Of a DNA stretch of 64,000 bases, positions 26,412 to 37,959 are shown in pieces. The DNA lies in assembly GCA_973895155.1 (NCBI GenBank), contig OZ316897.1, positions 15,499,375-15,563,374 of the forward strand. Reading direction: 5' to 3'. This DNA comes from Marsupella aquatica (taxonomy: Eukaryota; Plantae; Marchantiophyta). The notes beneath the pieces were generated by a model, which saw only the letters and a program-made list of their open reading frames with translations, did not search any database and was not told the origin of the DNA. Every line of letters begins with the position of its first letter. The first letter of the stretch is position 1. The position numbers and the translations under genes are program-made.

Positions 26412-28284
26412 CTATACGATTCCAGAATTCACGTCTTTGGCCAACACTAAGCACCCAAGGAGCAGAAGGACGATGTTCCAACCTGTGGCAGGATCAACTT
26501 GTACCCATACATCTGGATGCATTTCCAACTCTTCACATGCCTCCCTGAAGTTAGTGTCCTTCTCCCCATAAAAATGAGCTATCAACGCCTTCCCCACATT
26601 TCCCTCTATGTGCATGGGGTCTAAAAGATGGTGGATCTTCAACTCTGACCAATAGGGCAAACTGGCTAGTATACTCCACCTCGTCAACCCAGTACCATCA
26701 AAGGTGAGGGGATCATCAGGGTCTGCCACCCTATCAGCTAGTGACTTCCAATGCCCAAAAGTTGTTGGTTCCGGAATTTCCCGCATATCACCAAGGGGCA
26801 TGTCAAAGGAGGAAAATAAAAGTGGGTCAGACCTCATCTCATGCCCCATCGGAAGAAACTTTGTATGCCCAATGTAAACAATCTTCCTAAGCCATGGGGA
26901 CCAAATTGCCATATCTTGCAATTGTGGACCACAGGTGGAGCAAGCTTTGTACCCCTGAGTTTGCAATCCAGAGACAAAGCCAAACCCTGGTTACACCAAA
27001 AATAAAACCAGACTAAATGTTAGGGTTGTCACATGACAAACAAGTATATTAAAGAGCATATCAAAGAAGGGTGGCATATGGTCAAAAAGTCATCTTACCA
27101 GGATAGTCATGCATTGTCCAACAAACTACCCCTCTCAATTTAAATACACGTGGAATGCCTCCTGTATTTTTCCTGCCATCATATGCCCACACTCCACCCC
27201 ACAGTTTTTGGAGTTCTCCAATCAATAGTGCCAAATAAGTGTCAAAGTTCTTCACCTTTTTTGGACCTGGAATAATCAAAGACAGCAAGAGGAACCCCTT
27301 CTTCATGGATAGCCATGGTGAAAGGTTGTAATTCATCACAACCACATGCCAAACTGATGTAGGTCTTCCCTTGCCTCCAAGGGCATGAGGACTAACCCCA
27401 TCAGATGCCAATCCCAACCTCACATGACGAGGATCATGTGCAAAGTCTGGCCATGTTTCCTCAATATGTTTGACTGCAAGAGAGTCAATTGGCAACCGCA
27501 TAACACCAGGCTCTGATCGATGAGTCTTATGCCATACCATCAACTCTGCCAAATCAGAACACCTGTACATGTGCAACAACCGAGGAATGATGGGAAACCA
27601 ACGAACAGCTTTTCTTGGCACCTTCTTTGTAATCATGTTGGGGTCATACCGTGGCTCATGACATTCAGTACACTGTGTCTTCTTCTCATCGGCCCCATGA
27701 AATAACATGCAATCATTCACACATGCATGAATGATATGATATTCCATGCCAATTGATGAGAGAACACGCTTGGCCTCCTTCCAAGTTCCTGGCAACACAT
27801 TGCCAGAGGGTAACATAAGGTCATGGCAAAGTGCAAACATATCAGATAACAAGGCATTGCTTGCCTTGTGTTTGGCCTGTAGATTCATCAACCCCAAGAT
27901 AGCAGAAAGATGACTCAAACGAGCACCCTCATAGATAGGAGTTCGGGCATGTTCCTCTGCTTCCTCCCATTGGCGCTGTCCCTCGGGGGTATGTCTTGGT
28001 CGTGGATCATTGGGGGGCACATGACCTCCTTGATCAGCAGACACCTCAGCATCATCACCAGGGATGTCAACACCAAACCAATCAACCATAAAATCATCCA
28101 TGGCTCTATCTTGGTCATCAATAACCTGTTCATATGTTCTGGGTACATTGCGATCAGGGTTGTTGCTTCCACTGTCACTTGATGAGGAATGTGACTCAGA
28201 GCCTTGTCCTTCTTCTGGCATACCCATTTCCCGATATGCTGCTCTCAATCTCCGCGGTAACATATTTTGAGAGGGTCGCACATT
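26412..28284 (-). pseudogene. CACTA TNP2/TnpD transposase, C-terminally truncated
   Basis: IHACVNDCMLF, VRWFPIIPRL, VRLGLASDG, LIIPGPK, WTMHDYPG, LPYW...HLLDPMHIEGNV; intron ~27098-26988; C-terminal part absent. Confidence 0.9.
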
Positions 28285-28427
28285 CTAAAAAAAATGCAAA
28301 CAATTGAAAGTTACAAAGCAAATAGTTACAACATGTAGAATAATATATGGGGGTGTGCAAACATGAAATAATATCGGTACTGGTGTAAATACAAAATGTG
28401 GCCAAACGCCATGTGTATGGTCATTTT

Positions 28428-29243
28428 CTAATCCCACACATAGTGAGTAAACAACTCATCACCTGAGTGAATGGTCCTAGTAGCTACAACCAGACAATGG
28501 TCATGATGATATGTCTGGCCATAAGGGGCTGGTGGAGGACCCTCAATGAAAACCCACTCACAATTTTGCCTACGCTTGGGGCGAGTCCCCACAGTACTGT
28601 TTATGAAACCAGCTATATTCCCAGTTCGTATGGGGTCCCCATCTATCACCCGCTGCTCACTATACCTCCTAGTGTTTCCATCAAAAGTATCTAACTCCAA
28701 GGCATAAGTCTTCCACTCAGGATGTTGTGCAAGGATCATGTTCCAATGTCTTCTCTTGTAGATGGGTCCACCATAAGGAAACAACGTAGGTCCTTCTCGA
28801 CCGCGTCCACCACTACCACTCTCGGTATCCACAATGATGTCTTCACAAGCAAAAACTCCATAGCCATGTCTATCCCCAAGTGTGGAAGGTTTGATAACCC
28901 AACGTCTTCCCCAAACCTCTACCTCCTCACCATAGGAAAGCTCTTGTGGCAAACCAAGAGTCTGGGGATCCCAGTCCTTGATGATAGGAACACATCTGCC
29001 AGTAAACTCACAATCACCCCACCTACCGGTAACCACTGCCTTGTACAAATCAGTATCCCCTCGGAGCCATCTCTTGGAACGCTTTCTCCCTCTTGGGACA
29101 ACAGGCTCACCCCCAACTGCCCTAGGACTGGAGGGGGCTGTTGCTAGACCCAAGGCTTGTGAGAATGCATTGCCTATAGCATCTAGAACACCTTGTGATG
29201 GGACATAAGGTGCTGATGCCGCAGGTCTAGGCCTACTAGATAC
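28428..29243 (-). CDS. SET-domain (lysine methyltransferase-like) exon inside CACTA-1
   Basis: IKPSTL..HGYGVFACEDI, FPYGG, IDGD...GNIAGFINS, VVATRTIHSGDELFTHY; AG acceptor at 29245-29244 in frame; ORF open. Confidence 0.88.
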   Translation of the reverse strand, partial: VSSRPRPAASAPYVPSQGVLDAIGNAFSQALGLATAPSSPRAVGGEPVVPRGRKRSKRWLRGDTDLYKAVVTGRWGDCEFTGRCVPIIKDWDPQTLGLPQELSYGEEVEVWGRRWVIKPSTLGDRHGYGVFACEDIIVDTESGSGGRGREGPTLFPYGGPIYKRRHWNMILAQHPEWKTYALELDTFDGNTRRYSEQRVIDGDPIRTGNIAGFINSTVGTRPKRRQNCEWVFIEGPPPAPYGQTYHHDHCLVVATRTIHSGDELFTHYVWD

Positions 29244-29288
29244 CTATTCCACCCAAACCAAAACAAACAACAAGAGGTGTGAAATTAA

Positions 29289-29585
29289 CTCAGGGGTCTC
29301 ACTATATGGGGACCTCCCCATCGCCTACGACGTTTTTAGGCCTCGGACCCCCTAAAATGTAAGAAAAAAAAATTATTTATTAACCCCTATAAAGTTGGAA
29401 TATTCTTGGAATATTCTAAAAATTGGATTAAAAGGACCCTAATGTTCTTATAAGTCTCAAAATTGAATTTAAAAGACCCTATTGTTCTTCTACAAAAATT
29501 CTTAAGTCTTCCCTTAGAACCAATAAAATGAGCCTATCCTTCGTCGCACGTGAAATGCCATTTTTGTGGAAGTGAAACCCCCGAG
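29289..29585. mobile_element. MITE, CTCGGGGG-TIR family (297 bp)
   Basis: ctcaggggtctcact...agtgaaacccccgag, 8-bp TSD GAAATTAA; lies in a CACTA-1 intron. Confidence 0.9.
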
Positions 29586-29649
29586 GAAATTAAAAACCTT
29601 CACCATTGCAATGTGGAAATAGGGTAGAAACTAACGCGTAAACACTTAC

Positions 29650-29883
29650 CACATGGGATGAGGAAGCCCCTGTTGTATGACGTCCGTAACGTCCATATCT
29701 CTCAATATGCTGGGTGCATATATAGGACTTTTGGGAAACCTGACCCACGCATTTGGCACATTGGCAAAGCTGATGGGGTGGACCACGAGGAGGAGGTGCA
29801 GTCGTGTGAGGTTGAGGAGGAGGTGGTATATCTTCATCGGAGGAGGAAGAATCTGTGGTGGAGATCTCAGAAGATGAAGACAT
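29650..29883 (-). CDS. First exon of CACTA-1 transposase/SET gene: transposase-associated Cys/His (CxCxxC...H) domain
   Basis: CQCAKC...ICTQHIERYG; exactly 78 codons before a GTAAGT donor at 29649 (phase 0). Confidence 0.75.
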
Positions 29884-31247
29884 TGCCCCTACAAAGATGT
29901 ATAATTTGCAAGTTAGGGGTTATTACCAAATAACATCACAATATCAAGCTGGACAAATGTAAGTTCTCAAGTAATGATGACATGAAACCAAACACAAAAG
30001 GAACACTAAAAAATACCTTTCTGAGACCCAGGCTCAGCGGTGCCAATAGGTCTTGTGGCTCTAAAATAATGAACCAAATCTGGAAGTATGAGAAAAGCTG
30101 CAAGTACACAAAGCGAACACCTTACATACATGTCCTCTTTATAGATAGTGGGAACCAAAAATTTTAATTACATGAATAAGCCTAACTAGACCCATCTATT
30201 TTAGTCCGTACCTCCAGATGCTCGGGCTCTCACGATGCATACGCATTAGCTAGTATCAATTCATGCAAAAGTGCTGCACCCTGCAAGTTGTCATAGCTCC
30301 TCCTCCTTTGTTAGCATAAAACCCATGAAAAACCATTAAAACCCAAAAGATCCATAAAACCCATTAAAACCCATAAAACCCATGGTAAAACAACTAAAAC
30401 ATTAATCTCATCTAACCTTGCTTTGCCTTTTCCAAACCCTCACCCCCAAACCTCTGACCTATTACAAAAACCTAGACCCTCACTCCCAATCCCCTTCCTC
30501 TCTTTTGTTTTAAACCCTAAACCCTTGCTTGAACCCTAAAAGCCTACAACCATAAATGCAAACCCTGCTTAAACCCAAAATTAAAGACTTAAACCCTAAA
30601 CCCAAACCCAACTTTAATCCTAAACCCTTTCCTCACTTATTAATTTTAAACCAAAACCCAACTCTTATCAAAATTAGCCTACACCCACACCATGTATAGC
30701 TTAAAAAATGGAAGGTTTGACTGGTAATCTCGCTTTTAACCCCTAAAAAAACCAGCTTCATCCAAGACCCAACCCTAACAAACGCCGGGATTTGAAACGG
30801 CGGAATTTCTTAATTACACAAAAGGGCATAGTATAACTTACATGGCCTAAACAAAAGGAGGAGGGAAAGAATGTGAAAAAAAATTCGCCAGGAATTGCCA
30901 CGATATTGAGAACCGACCTGCTTCGCAACCTGCTTCAGAATTTGGTCACATTATTTGCGAAGCAAAATGTTTCGCAACAGCTTTGGAAAAACAGAGCCCG
31001 AGAGCGTTTTTTCGCGTCTCTGCAGCTTTGCGAAGGCTTTGCGAAGCGTGTGGTTTCGCATTGGTTTTGGAAAGTTGAGATACTAGTTGTGAAGCAGGCT
31101 GATTCGCAAATTGCGATGCAGACTACGTCGCAAATGTGTTTTGTCTGGGCATTCGGACCTTCCCGCCGGGTTACGAGGCCCATTCGACGTTTTTTGAAGT
31201 GAGGGAGGGCAGGAGGAGAGCTTGCGCGCGCTTGGTGTTGGATAGCT

Positions 31248-33297
31248 ATGGATTCTAGTGGAGGGCGTGGAGGGGATGGGGCAGGGGCAAGTGGGAGTGG
31301 GAGTGGCAATGGCAATGGAGGGAACAGGAATGAGGAGAGTAATCAATGGACGAATTTGATGGCTGAGCATCTCAATGCCACACAGCTGAGCCATTTGGAT
31401 TTGAGTACACCAGCTGGGATTGCTTCTTTGAGTGCAATTCTAGGGCAAGCTTTGCAAACCGGGGTTGCAGCAGGGCAGGCTCAGAGGGAGAAAGAGGCAA
31501 AGGCTGCAGCTGAGGAGAAGGCCAGAGAGAAGAAACGAAAGAAGGAGGAGAGGGCTAAGGCAGGAGTACTCTCTCCTGCAGCCCTCGAAAAGAAGAGGAG
31601 AAGGGAGGAACGAGATGAGATTCGAGCACAACGTGAGGCGCAGCGGAAAAAGGAGGAAGAGAGGAAGAAGCTGCCATTGATTGCCTTGGTTGAGGGCATT
31701 CCTACTGAGTTGGCCTAGACTGGGGCAAAGAGCACTATCAGGCTTGCTGTGAGGACTAGCTTTGCACGAGGTGTTGAGTGGGGGAAACTAAGCAGAGGAA
31801 AGTAATGACTCAGGTCAAAGATTCATTCAGAAATGGAGCAGAGATTGATGACCAGTGGCTTGCAGATAGAATTTCGAATTCAATGTCTCAAGCACGATAC
31901 CATGATAGGAGGAAGGTGAGGGCCTACCTGGCAAGCTTGCAGGAGTACAGGAACGTGAGGAGGCCAGTGCAATTCACAGAGGATGTGTGGAACGCGTTCT
32001 ATAAGGTCGAGGTGCAGCTAAAAGCAGCCAAGGACCTCCAATTCTGGAAGGAGAAGGAGGCCAAGGCACTTCAGGCCGGGAAGTCAGACCAAGACCTCAA
32101 GGCATTGGTTGAGAAGGTCTCTCAGCTGCAGCACATCGTGGATGAAGTGGGGACACCACTCCAGAAGTTCATCCTTGCAGCAGACCGAGTCAGCAAACGC
32201 CCCAAGACCACACACAAGATGGGGCAAGGTGGACTTCCCGGCCTGAAAGCAACCTTTGTGAGTCCTCTCCCCTCCTCCCCTGCTTCTTTTCCTTCACCTT
32301 CAATTGTTGTTTGCTTGCCTGCAATGCCCCTCGCAGACCTCTGCTTTACCCCTTATGGCCTCCCCTTTCATTTTAGGTCACCCTGACACATTGCGTGCCT
32401 TAGCCATTTCTCGGATTTTTTTTAAAGCACAGTTTGCGAAACAATTGCGAAGCGGGTTGCCTCGCAATTGTTTCGCAAACTCTATTATAACCTTTTTCCT
32501 GTAAGGTTTGCGAAGCCATTGCGAAGCAATCCGATTCGCAGTCTATTTCGCAAACTTAAATATATTTGAATTTGCGAAGGTGGGAGTTTCGCAAAACTTG
32601 TTTCATTTTGAAAAACATTTAGTATCGAGTGACAAATGTTTGTGAGGGTAATGGGGTTTTTTTCTAGTTAGGGTACCCTTTTTACCCTTTTTAGGATTCC
32701 TTTTTTGCTTAAGTACCCTTAGTTACTAACCCGGGCCCCTTATGTTTTGGTGTTTCATTTTTTTGTGGTAGTATAAGAGGTACCGCCGCAAGATAACAAC
32801 AAAGGAGATGGAGATAGGGGCAGAGCATGGGGCCAGACATCTCTTTGAGTTGGTTGATGTAGAGTTGGCTAGTGTGAGTGATTTGTAGTACCCTTTCTAA
32901 ACCCGCACCCATTCCATTTATAAGGTTTATACATTTTTCCTATTAACCCTAAACCCGAATTAACCTTGTGACATGGAAGCAGGATAAGGAGGAGCAGGAG
33001 GGGAGTGAGGATAGCAGTGAGGAGGATAGCGGCGCTGATGATGGGGACACTACCGGGGCCACCACGAGTGGGTCCAGAGGGGCAGGGAGTGCTGCCACAC
33101 CTAGCACACCAGGAGACCAGGAGGATGATAATGAGGATGATGACGATGATGAGGATGAGCCAGATGGGGAGGAGCAGCAGGCACCACCACCACCGCCACC
33201 ACCACCACCACCCCCCTCCCGTCCAGCTCGTCCCGCCCAAAGCAAAAAGGACAAGGGGAAGATGCCAGCAAAGAGGAGTAGGCGGGCTCCATTCTAG
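31248..33297 (+). pseudogene. TnpA-like gene of CACTA-1 (divergent from the transposase), spliced, disrupted
   Basis: Homologous to 48873-51864 (QVK..FRNGA.IDD..L..RIS.S; TH.MGQGG); stop/frameshift near 31716; acidic/Pro-rich last exon. Confidence 0.6.
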
Positions 33298-34453
33298 AGG
33301 ATGCAGATGTAGTTCACTCCATATGGCATATGGATTAGTCAAAGGACAGTGTCTTGGTATTTGATACCCCATAGGGTTTTAGAAAACCCTAATTTTTGTA
33401 CATTCAGGGATTTTTGGCATATATAAAGTTTTGCTTTGGTATCTTCATGTGGAGCAATAAGACACCAACCCAATTATGAACCCAAATATACAAAACCCAG
33501 CCCTCAAACTATCCTTGTGAAACACATGCGAACGCCATACTATCGCAAACTTGCCATACATTGAGTATTGGAACATTGCGATACTTTTGGTTCCGCAATT
33601 GTGCGACACCCTGACTGACGCAGTTATGCGATACCATATGAATGGCAACGGAATTGTCAAGACAACAGCTTCGCAAATAAGTTATAGTTCAGAGCGCGTC
33701 GCAAACCAATAAAGAGTCTGTCGAGATCGCATAAATGTGATTTATGTGCGATAAAATAAGTTTCGCAGTGTGCGAAGGTGTTGCGAAGGGGTTGCGAAAG
33801 TCCGATTGCGAAGCTGTGGGTTTCAAAGAATGCGAAAGGGTTGCGATGCGTAGCGTTTCGCAAACGCCGGAATTTCATAATTTGGTCCTTTGTTAGTTGC
33901 GATGGGACGGGGTTCGCAAAAGGGGTCGGTAGTGTTGTAGTGGAGGTGAACCACGTATCTCTTGTGTTGACTATTGTGCGTTGGATGGTTCATGGGCTTG
34001 CCGTTGCGATCGTCGTCTATGCTCAACAATCAATTTCCTTGGGAACCAAATCCTTGTTCAAAACCTTCTTTGCAAGCAAATCATCCAACTCAATTTTGCT
34101 GATGCTAGGTGGAAGATCATTGGAGATATCATTATGCAATGGACGGAGCAAATATTTAGTTACATACACTATCGAGGAACTAAGCCAAACTAGATAAGAA
34201 AAAAGAAAAACATAACATGATACTAGTATCACATTAGATATTGATCGGGACTAGAAAGCAAGCGACAAGGTAGCCACCCCTACTGGCCAAAGTTCATGAC
34301 TAAAAAATCTACTCTTTACAACATATTTAGTGCACGGAACTTGGGAGAATATCCAAGATTACCAGCGGGAAATACTTGTTTGATTACTTCAAGAAAACAA
34401 ATTACAAAATGTTTATTGACCGGTCTAACTTTCAAAACTTAATACAAAATCAG

Positions 34454-35548
34454 TTAATCTTCCAACATATCATCAAAATTAGCTGGATGATCTTCCTCAG
34501 GTGCTTCTACTACCTCATCCTCTACATGGTCCTCGTACTCGACAACCTCAGTCATAACCGTGCTAGTTTGTAGTCCACCAAATGGCGGTTGAATCTCCAT
34601 AGCTTGAATCCCGGTCCCTTGGACTTCATGCTCCTCAGTCAATTGCCACCTAGAGTCTAGAGTTAAAATTTGCCCTACAATAAAATCTACTTGAGTAGGG
34701 CTCAACTCAATTGCTGCAGCATGTCGATGACTGAGGAGGGCTGCACAGGTTGTGGAGCCTGTCCCTGCACAAAAGTCTATAATAACCCAATCCCCTTCAT
34801 AGCTAAAATGATCCACAAAATATTGTGATAAAGCTGCTGGCTTTTGGTAGGGGTTTACTATTTCCCCCAAAAGAGTCACTGACTTCACAGTTACGCATGG
34901 GACTTTAATGATGTTTCCTCTACTCTCTTCTTTTGTGAAATTGTACATCTCCCTTGTCCTGATTCCATCTTTGCTATGAAAACCAATTGTCCAATTTTCA
35001 AAAGACCAGGCCAACCTGTTACCTGATGGATGATCATGAACATTAGTCTTCTCCCAAATACCAGCTTCAATTCCCGCATTGCAGGTTTTACCAAGAGCAT
35101 TCATAACACTATTAACCTGCTGCAAAGAATGTATTACAACAAAGCGCCAAGCCTCAGCTGTTGTCACACTTGCAAATCCCTCCACCATATCGATGATATC
35201 ATTCTCCTCAAATGCCTTCTCGTCATTCTCAGACCCAACCGCATTGAAACCGTATGGGATGTCAGCTATGGCCAAAGTATAATTTTTTGGTGGCAAAAAT
35301 GCCTTGCAAACCCTGGCATCTCCTGTATGAAGAGCATAGGACATCACATCGCCATCAGCATTCTTCCATGTGAATTCAGATGATTCAACTTCCTCGCTTG
35401 CAAGCTTCTTGTTGTAGTCTTCAATTGCTTTGGCCACAAAATTCCTGAACTGTAGAGGAATCTTATCTGCAGGAAGTTCCTCTTCTCCGACTTCATCAAC
35501 CTCATTTCCAATCCTTGGCTTCTTTTTCCTCTTTGAGCAGAGTTTGAT
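34454..35548 (-). CDS. Beta-class amino (N4-cytosine/N6-adenine) DNA methyltransferase domain exon
   Basis: LHTGDA, motif IV-like ADIPYG, NPYQKP, then motif I IDFCAGTGST...AIE; motif IV precedes motif I; AG acceptor gives exon start 35548 in frame. Confidence 0.85.
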   Translation of the reverse strand: MKLCSKRKKKPRIGNEVDEVGEEELPADKIPLQFRNFVAKAIEDYNKKLASEEVESSEFTWKNADGDVMSYALHTGDARVCKAFLPPKNYTLAIADIPYGFNAVGSENDEKAFEENDIIDMVEGFASVTTAEAWRFVVIHSLQQVNSVMNALGKTCNAGIEAGIWEKTNVHDHPSGNRLAWSFENWTIGFHSKDGIRTREMYNFTKEESRGNIIKVPCVTVKSVTLLGEIVNPYQKPAALSQYFVDHFSYEGDWVIIDFCAGTGSTTCAALLSHRHAAAIELSPTQVDFIVGQILTLDSRWQLTEEHEVQGTGIQAMEIQPPFGGLQTSTVMTEVVEYEDHVEDEVVEAPEEDHPANFDDMLED

Positions 35549-35845
35549 CTATAAGTACAAAATGAAGACATCTTGATTAAACAAATGACCAATAACAAAT
35601 TTGATACTCCACATCATGTCTGGGATTGCTAAGGCTGAATTTCCCAGTAAACATATAGGTCAATACCAAAGATGATACTCAGTATCATATTTTGAATTCA
35701 GTATCAGCTAATCAAGTCTCTCAACTACTACAAAACCAGAGGTCCAATAATAAACTTGATACTTGGATCATATAAAATATCTCTAAAATCTAAACAACAA
35801 TCAAATTAATTAACTTCAAAATAATTTGAGGTTTGGAATACTTAC

Positions 35846-37959
35846 AGCTGCGGCCATGACCTCAACAAATCGCTTGAGCTCTTTCGATTCAGTTTCTTTG
35901 GGAAACATAGCTCGACATGCGGCCCAATTCTCTTGATTCGCTAGTTGGACAAATGTATTTTTAATTTTTTCAAGCTTTTTGTACGTATCGGCCTCGTGCC
36001 CCATTTCCTCTAAACTGATGTATTTTGCCACCACTCGTTCTAAGAGTTTTTGGATGACAGTCTCATTGGAGATACCTTGGATATCTTTCCAAGGTGTAAG
36101 ATTCATGTCATCAGCCAACTTTTGAATTGGTTTTGGAACCGGAGCTTTTGTCTTGCCCTTGCCCTTCCCTTTGCTGGCCGTCACTATCACTGGTGCTTGC
36201 ACTTTCTTTTGCCCTTTCAATTCAAGCTTGCAATACATACTCATAATCTTTTCTTGAAGCTCCCACACTGTTCCTGTCCGAAAGGCAATCTGAAAAAGAG
36301 CCCTATTTCCAGGAATGTAATGCTCCATGTGGCACTCAACAGCACAGACTGCACGAAGGTCCAAGGTCCTCTTTCCACCCCTGGCAATGAATATCTTGTG
36401 ACAAGTTCTAATCTTGTCAATTCTATTCATCTTCTTTCTATATTCCTGATCAATATTGTGCTGCCAACCTAACCCTTGAACATCTTGAGGGGTTGAATTT
36501 GCATAAACCCAAGCTTCAATTTCGGAAAATATCTCCTTTTTGTATGCTCTGTAAAGCTCTGCCTTTGCCCTTGCTCCATGATTTCCTCCAATTATGCGAT
36601 ACCTCCAAAGTTTGGACTTGCTGATATCCCAATCTTTGACTCTTGGGCAATCTTCAGGTTCAACTGCAAGAACAAATGGAGCACTAAAATTTGAAGGGCT
36701 TTTCTTCATCAAAGTTTTGATGTTCTCCACGTGCAACTGGTCAATTGCTCGAACAAGTGTCTTTTCCACTCTTGTTCGAGCCATCAATCAAGTGTCTTTT
36801 GTTCGAGCAATCAAAAATCAAGTTTGCAAGGGACAGAGAGACTGTTGTCTTTTGTACGCATTTGGTTATCATAAGCATGGCCAAATCAGTGCGTGCTGCC
36901 TCGGTCTCATGTCTTTCTAGAGCAGTGGTCATCTCGTCCGTCTCCTGTCCACAAATTACAGATATAAGATCAATCCAAGCTGATGGTTCCATGATTCTAG
37001 CCAAGATCAAGCCAAACCAATAATTCTAAACAATGATCAATGGAATATGTATTTACCATTGTAAAAGCCATGTCGGAGACGCGTAGACTGAGGTCAGAAG
37101 TAGCAGCACCCAATGCACTTTTATTGTCAAAAGTGCTATTAGCAACCGTCAAATGAATCTTTGATTGATCAGCTGATGCATTTGTTTGCTCTGAAAGCTC
37201 TTTGCTATCACTATTTGCAGATGTCCCACTCCTTTTCTTCCTTGTAGTTTTCAGGGGGATGGGCTCATCTTCTTCTACTCTCTCTCTTGGTTTTTTTGGT
37301 ACTATAATTCTCAACTTCCTTGGCGACTTCCCAAGATCATCTCCTATCACTTGTCTGTAATATGTTTGCAATTTCGGAAAGAGAATAGGATCACTCAGGC
37401 TACAAAAATGCACAAACCATCTCTCCAAGTTTGGATCCTAGAGAGCAAGAATCTCTGTAACAATAGGATCATCCTCATACGGTGTCATCAAAACTGGGTC
37501 AAATTTCTCATAGGTAAGAACAACAGAAGAAAATCCCTTTGTCCCGGCCATCACCAGGAACATTAATCCTTTTTTTTGCTTTGTACCTTTTCCCCGCTTC
37601 TCCTGGAAATCTGCCATGCTCACCGCCAATATTGGACCAAACGAAAGGGTAATTGACTCCGTCTTCTTGATCTGGACAAATAGGACTGGTCCTTCGTATT
37701 GGTTGTTTGGATCCACAATTCGCCCATCTCGGAGGTACCAAGATCGGGTCACAAATTTCTCCTCTGAACAGATCATTTCATCTTGCCAAATAATGTCACA
37801 GATTGACCCCATAGTCTGCATTTTTTCCATGGAAGCCTTCTTGCTCCCGCCTGACATCCTAACGGCAAATAATAAACTAGCTCCCACCTGAACAGTTGAG
37901 GAATGAAAAATCTGATACTCAGAATCAGATTTGGTATTGCTCCAAGAAAAACAAGACAA
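35846..37959 (-). pseudogene. Upstream part of the same cargo gene, with a ParB/Srx-like domain; frameshifted
   Basis: VRAIDQLHVENIK...PFVL...YRIIGGNHGARA; phase-0 GTAAG donor at 35845 joins the MTase exon; stop at 37438 and frameshifts near 37000 and 36790 (small local duplication). Confidence 0.65.

Larger units (their letters stand above)
25668..33942 (-). mobile_element. CACTA (En/Spm) transposon CACTA-1 with SET-domain cargo, internally deleted
   Basis: cactacaaca...tgttgtagtg termini, 3-bp TSD GAG (25665-25667 / 33943-33945), subterminal ttgcga/tcgcaa repeats, TNP2 transposase. Confidence 0.95.

Noticed and set aside
30430-30780. Interstitial telomere
   Set aside because: aaaccct motifs are scattered and degenerate, not a tandem array
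34454-35548. Restriction-modification system
   Set aside because: No endonuclease partner visible; the gene has a spliceosomal intron and lies within transposon TIRs
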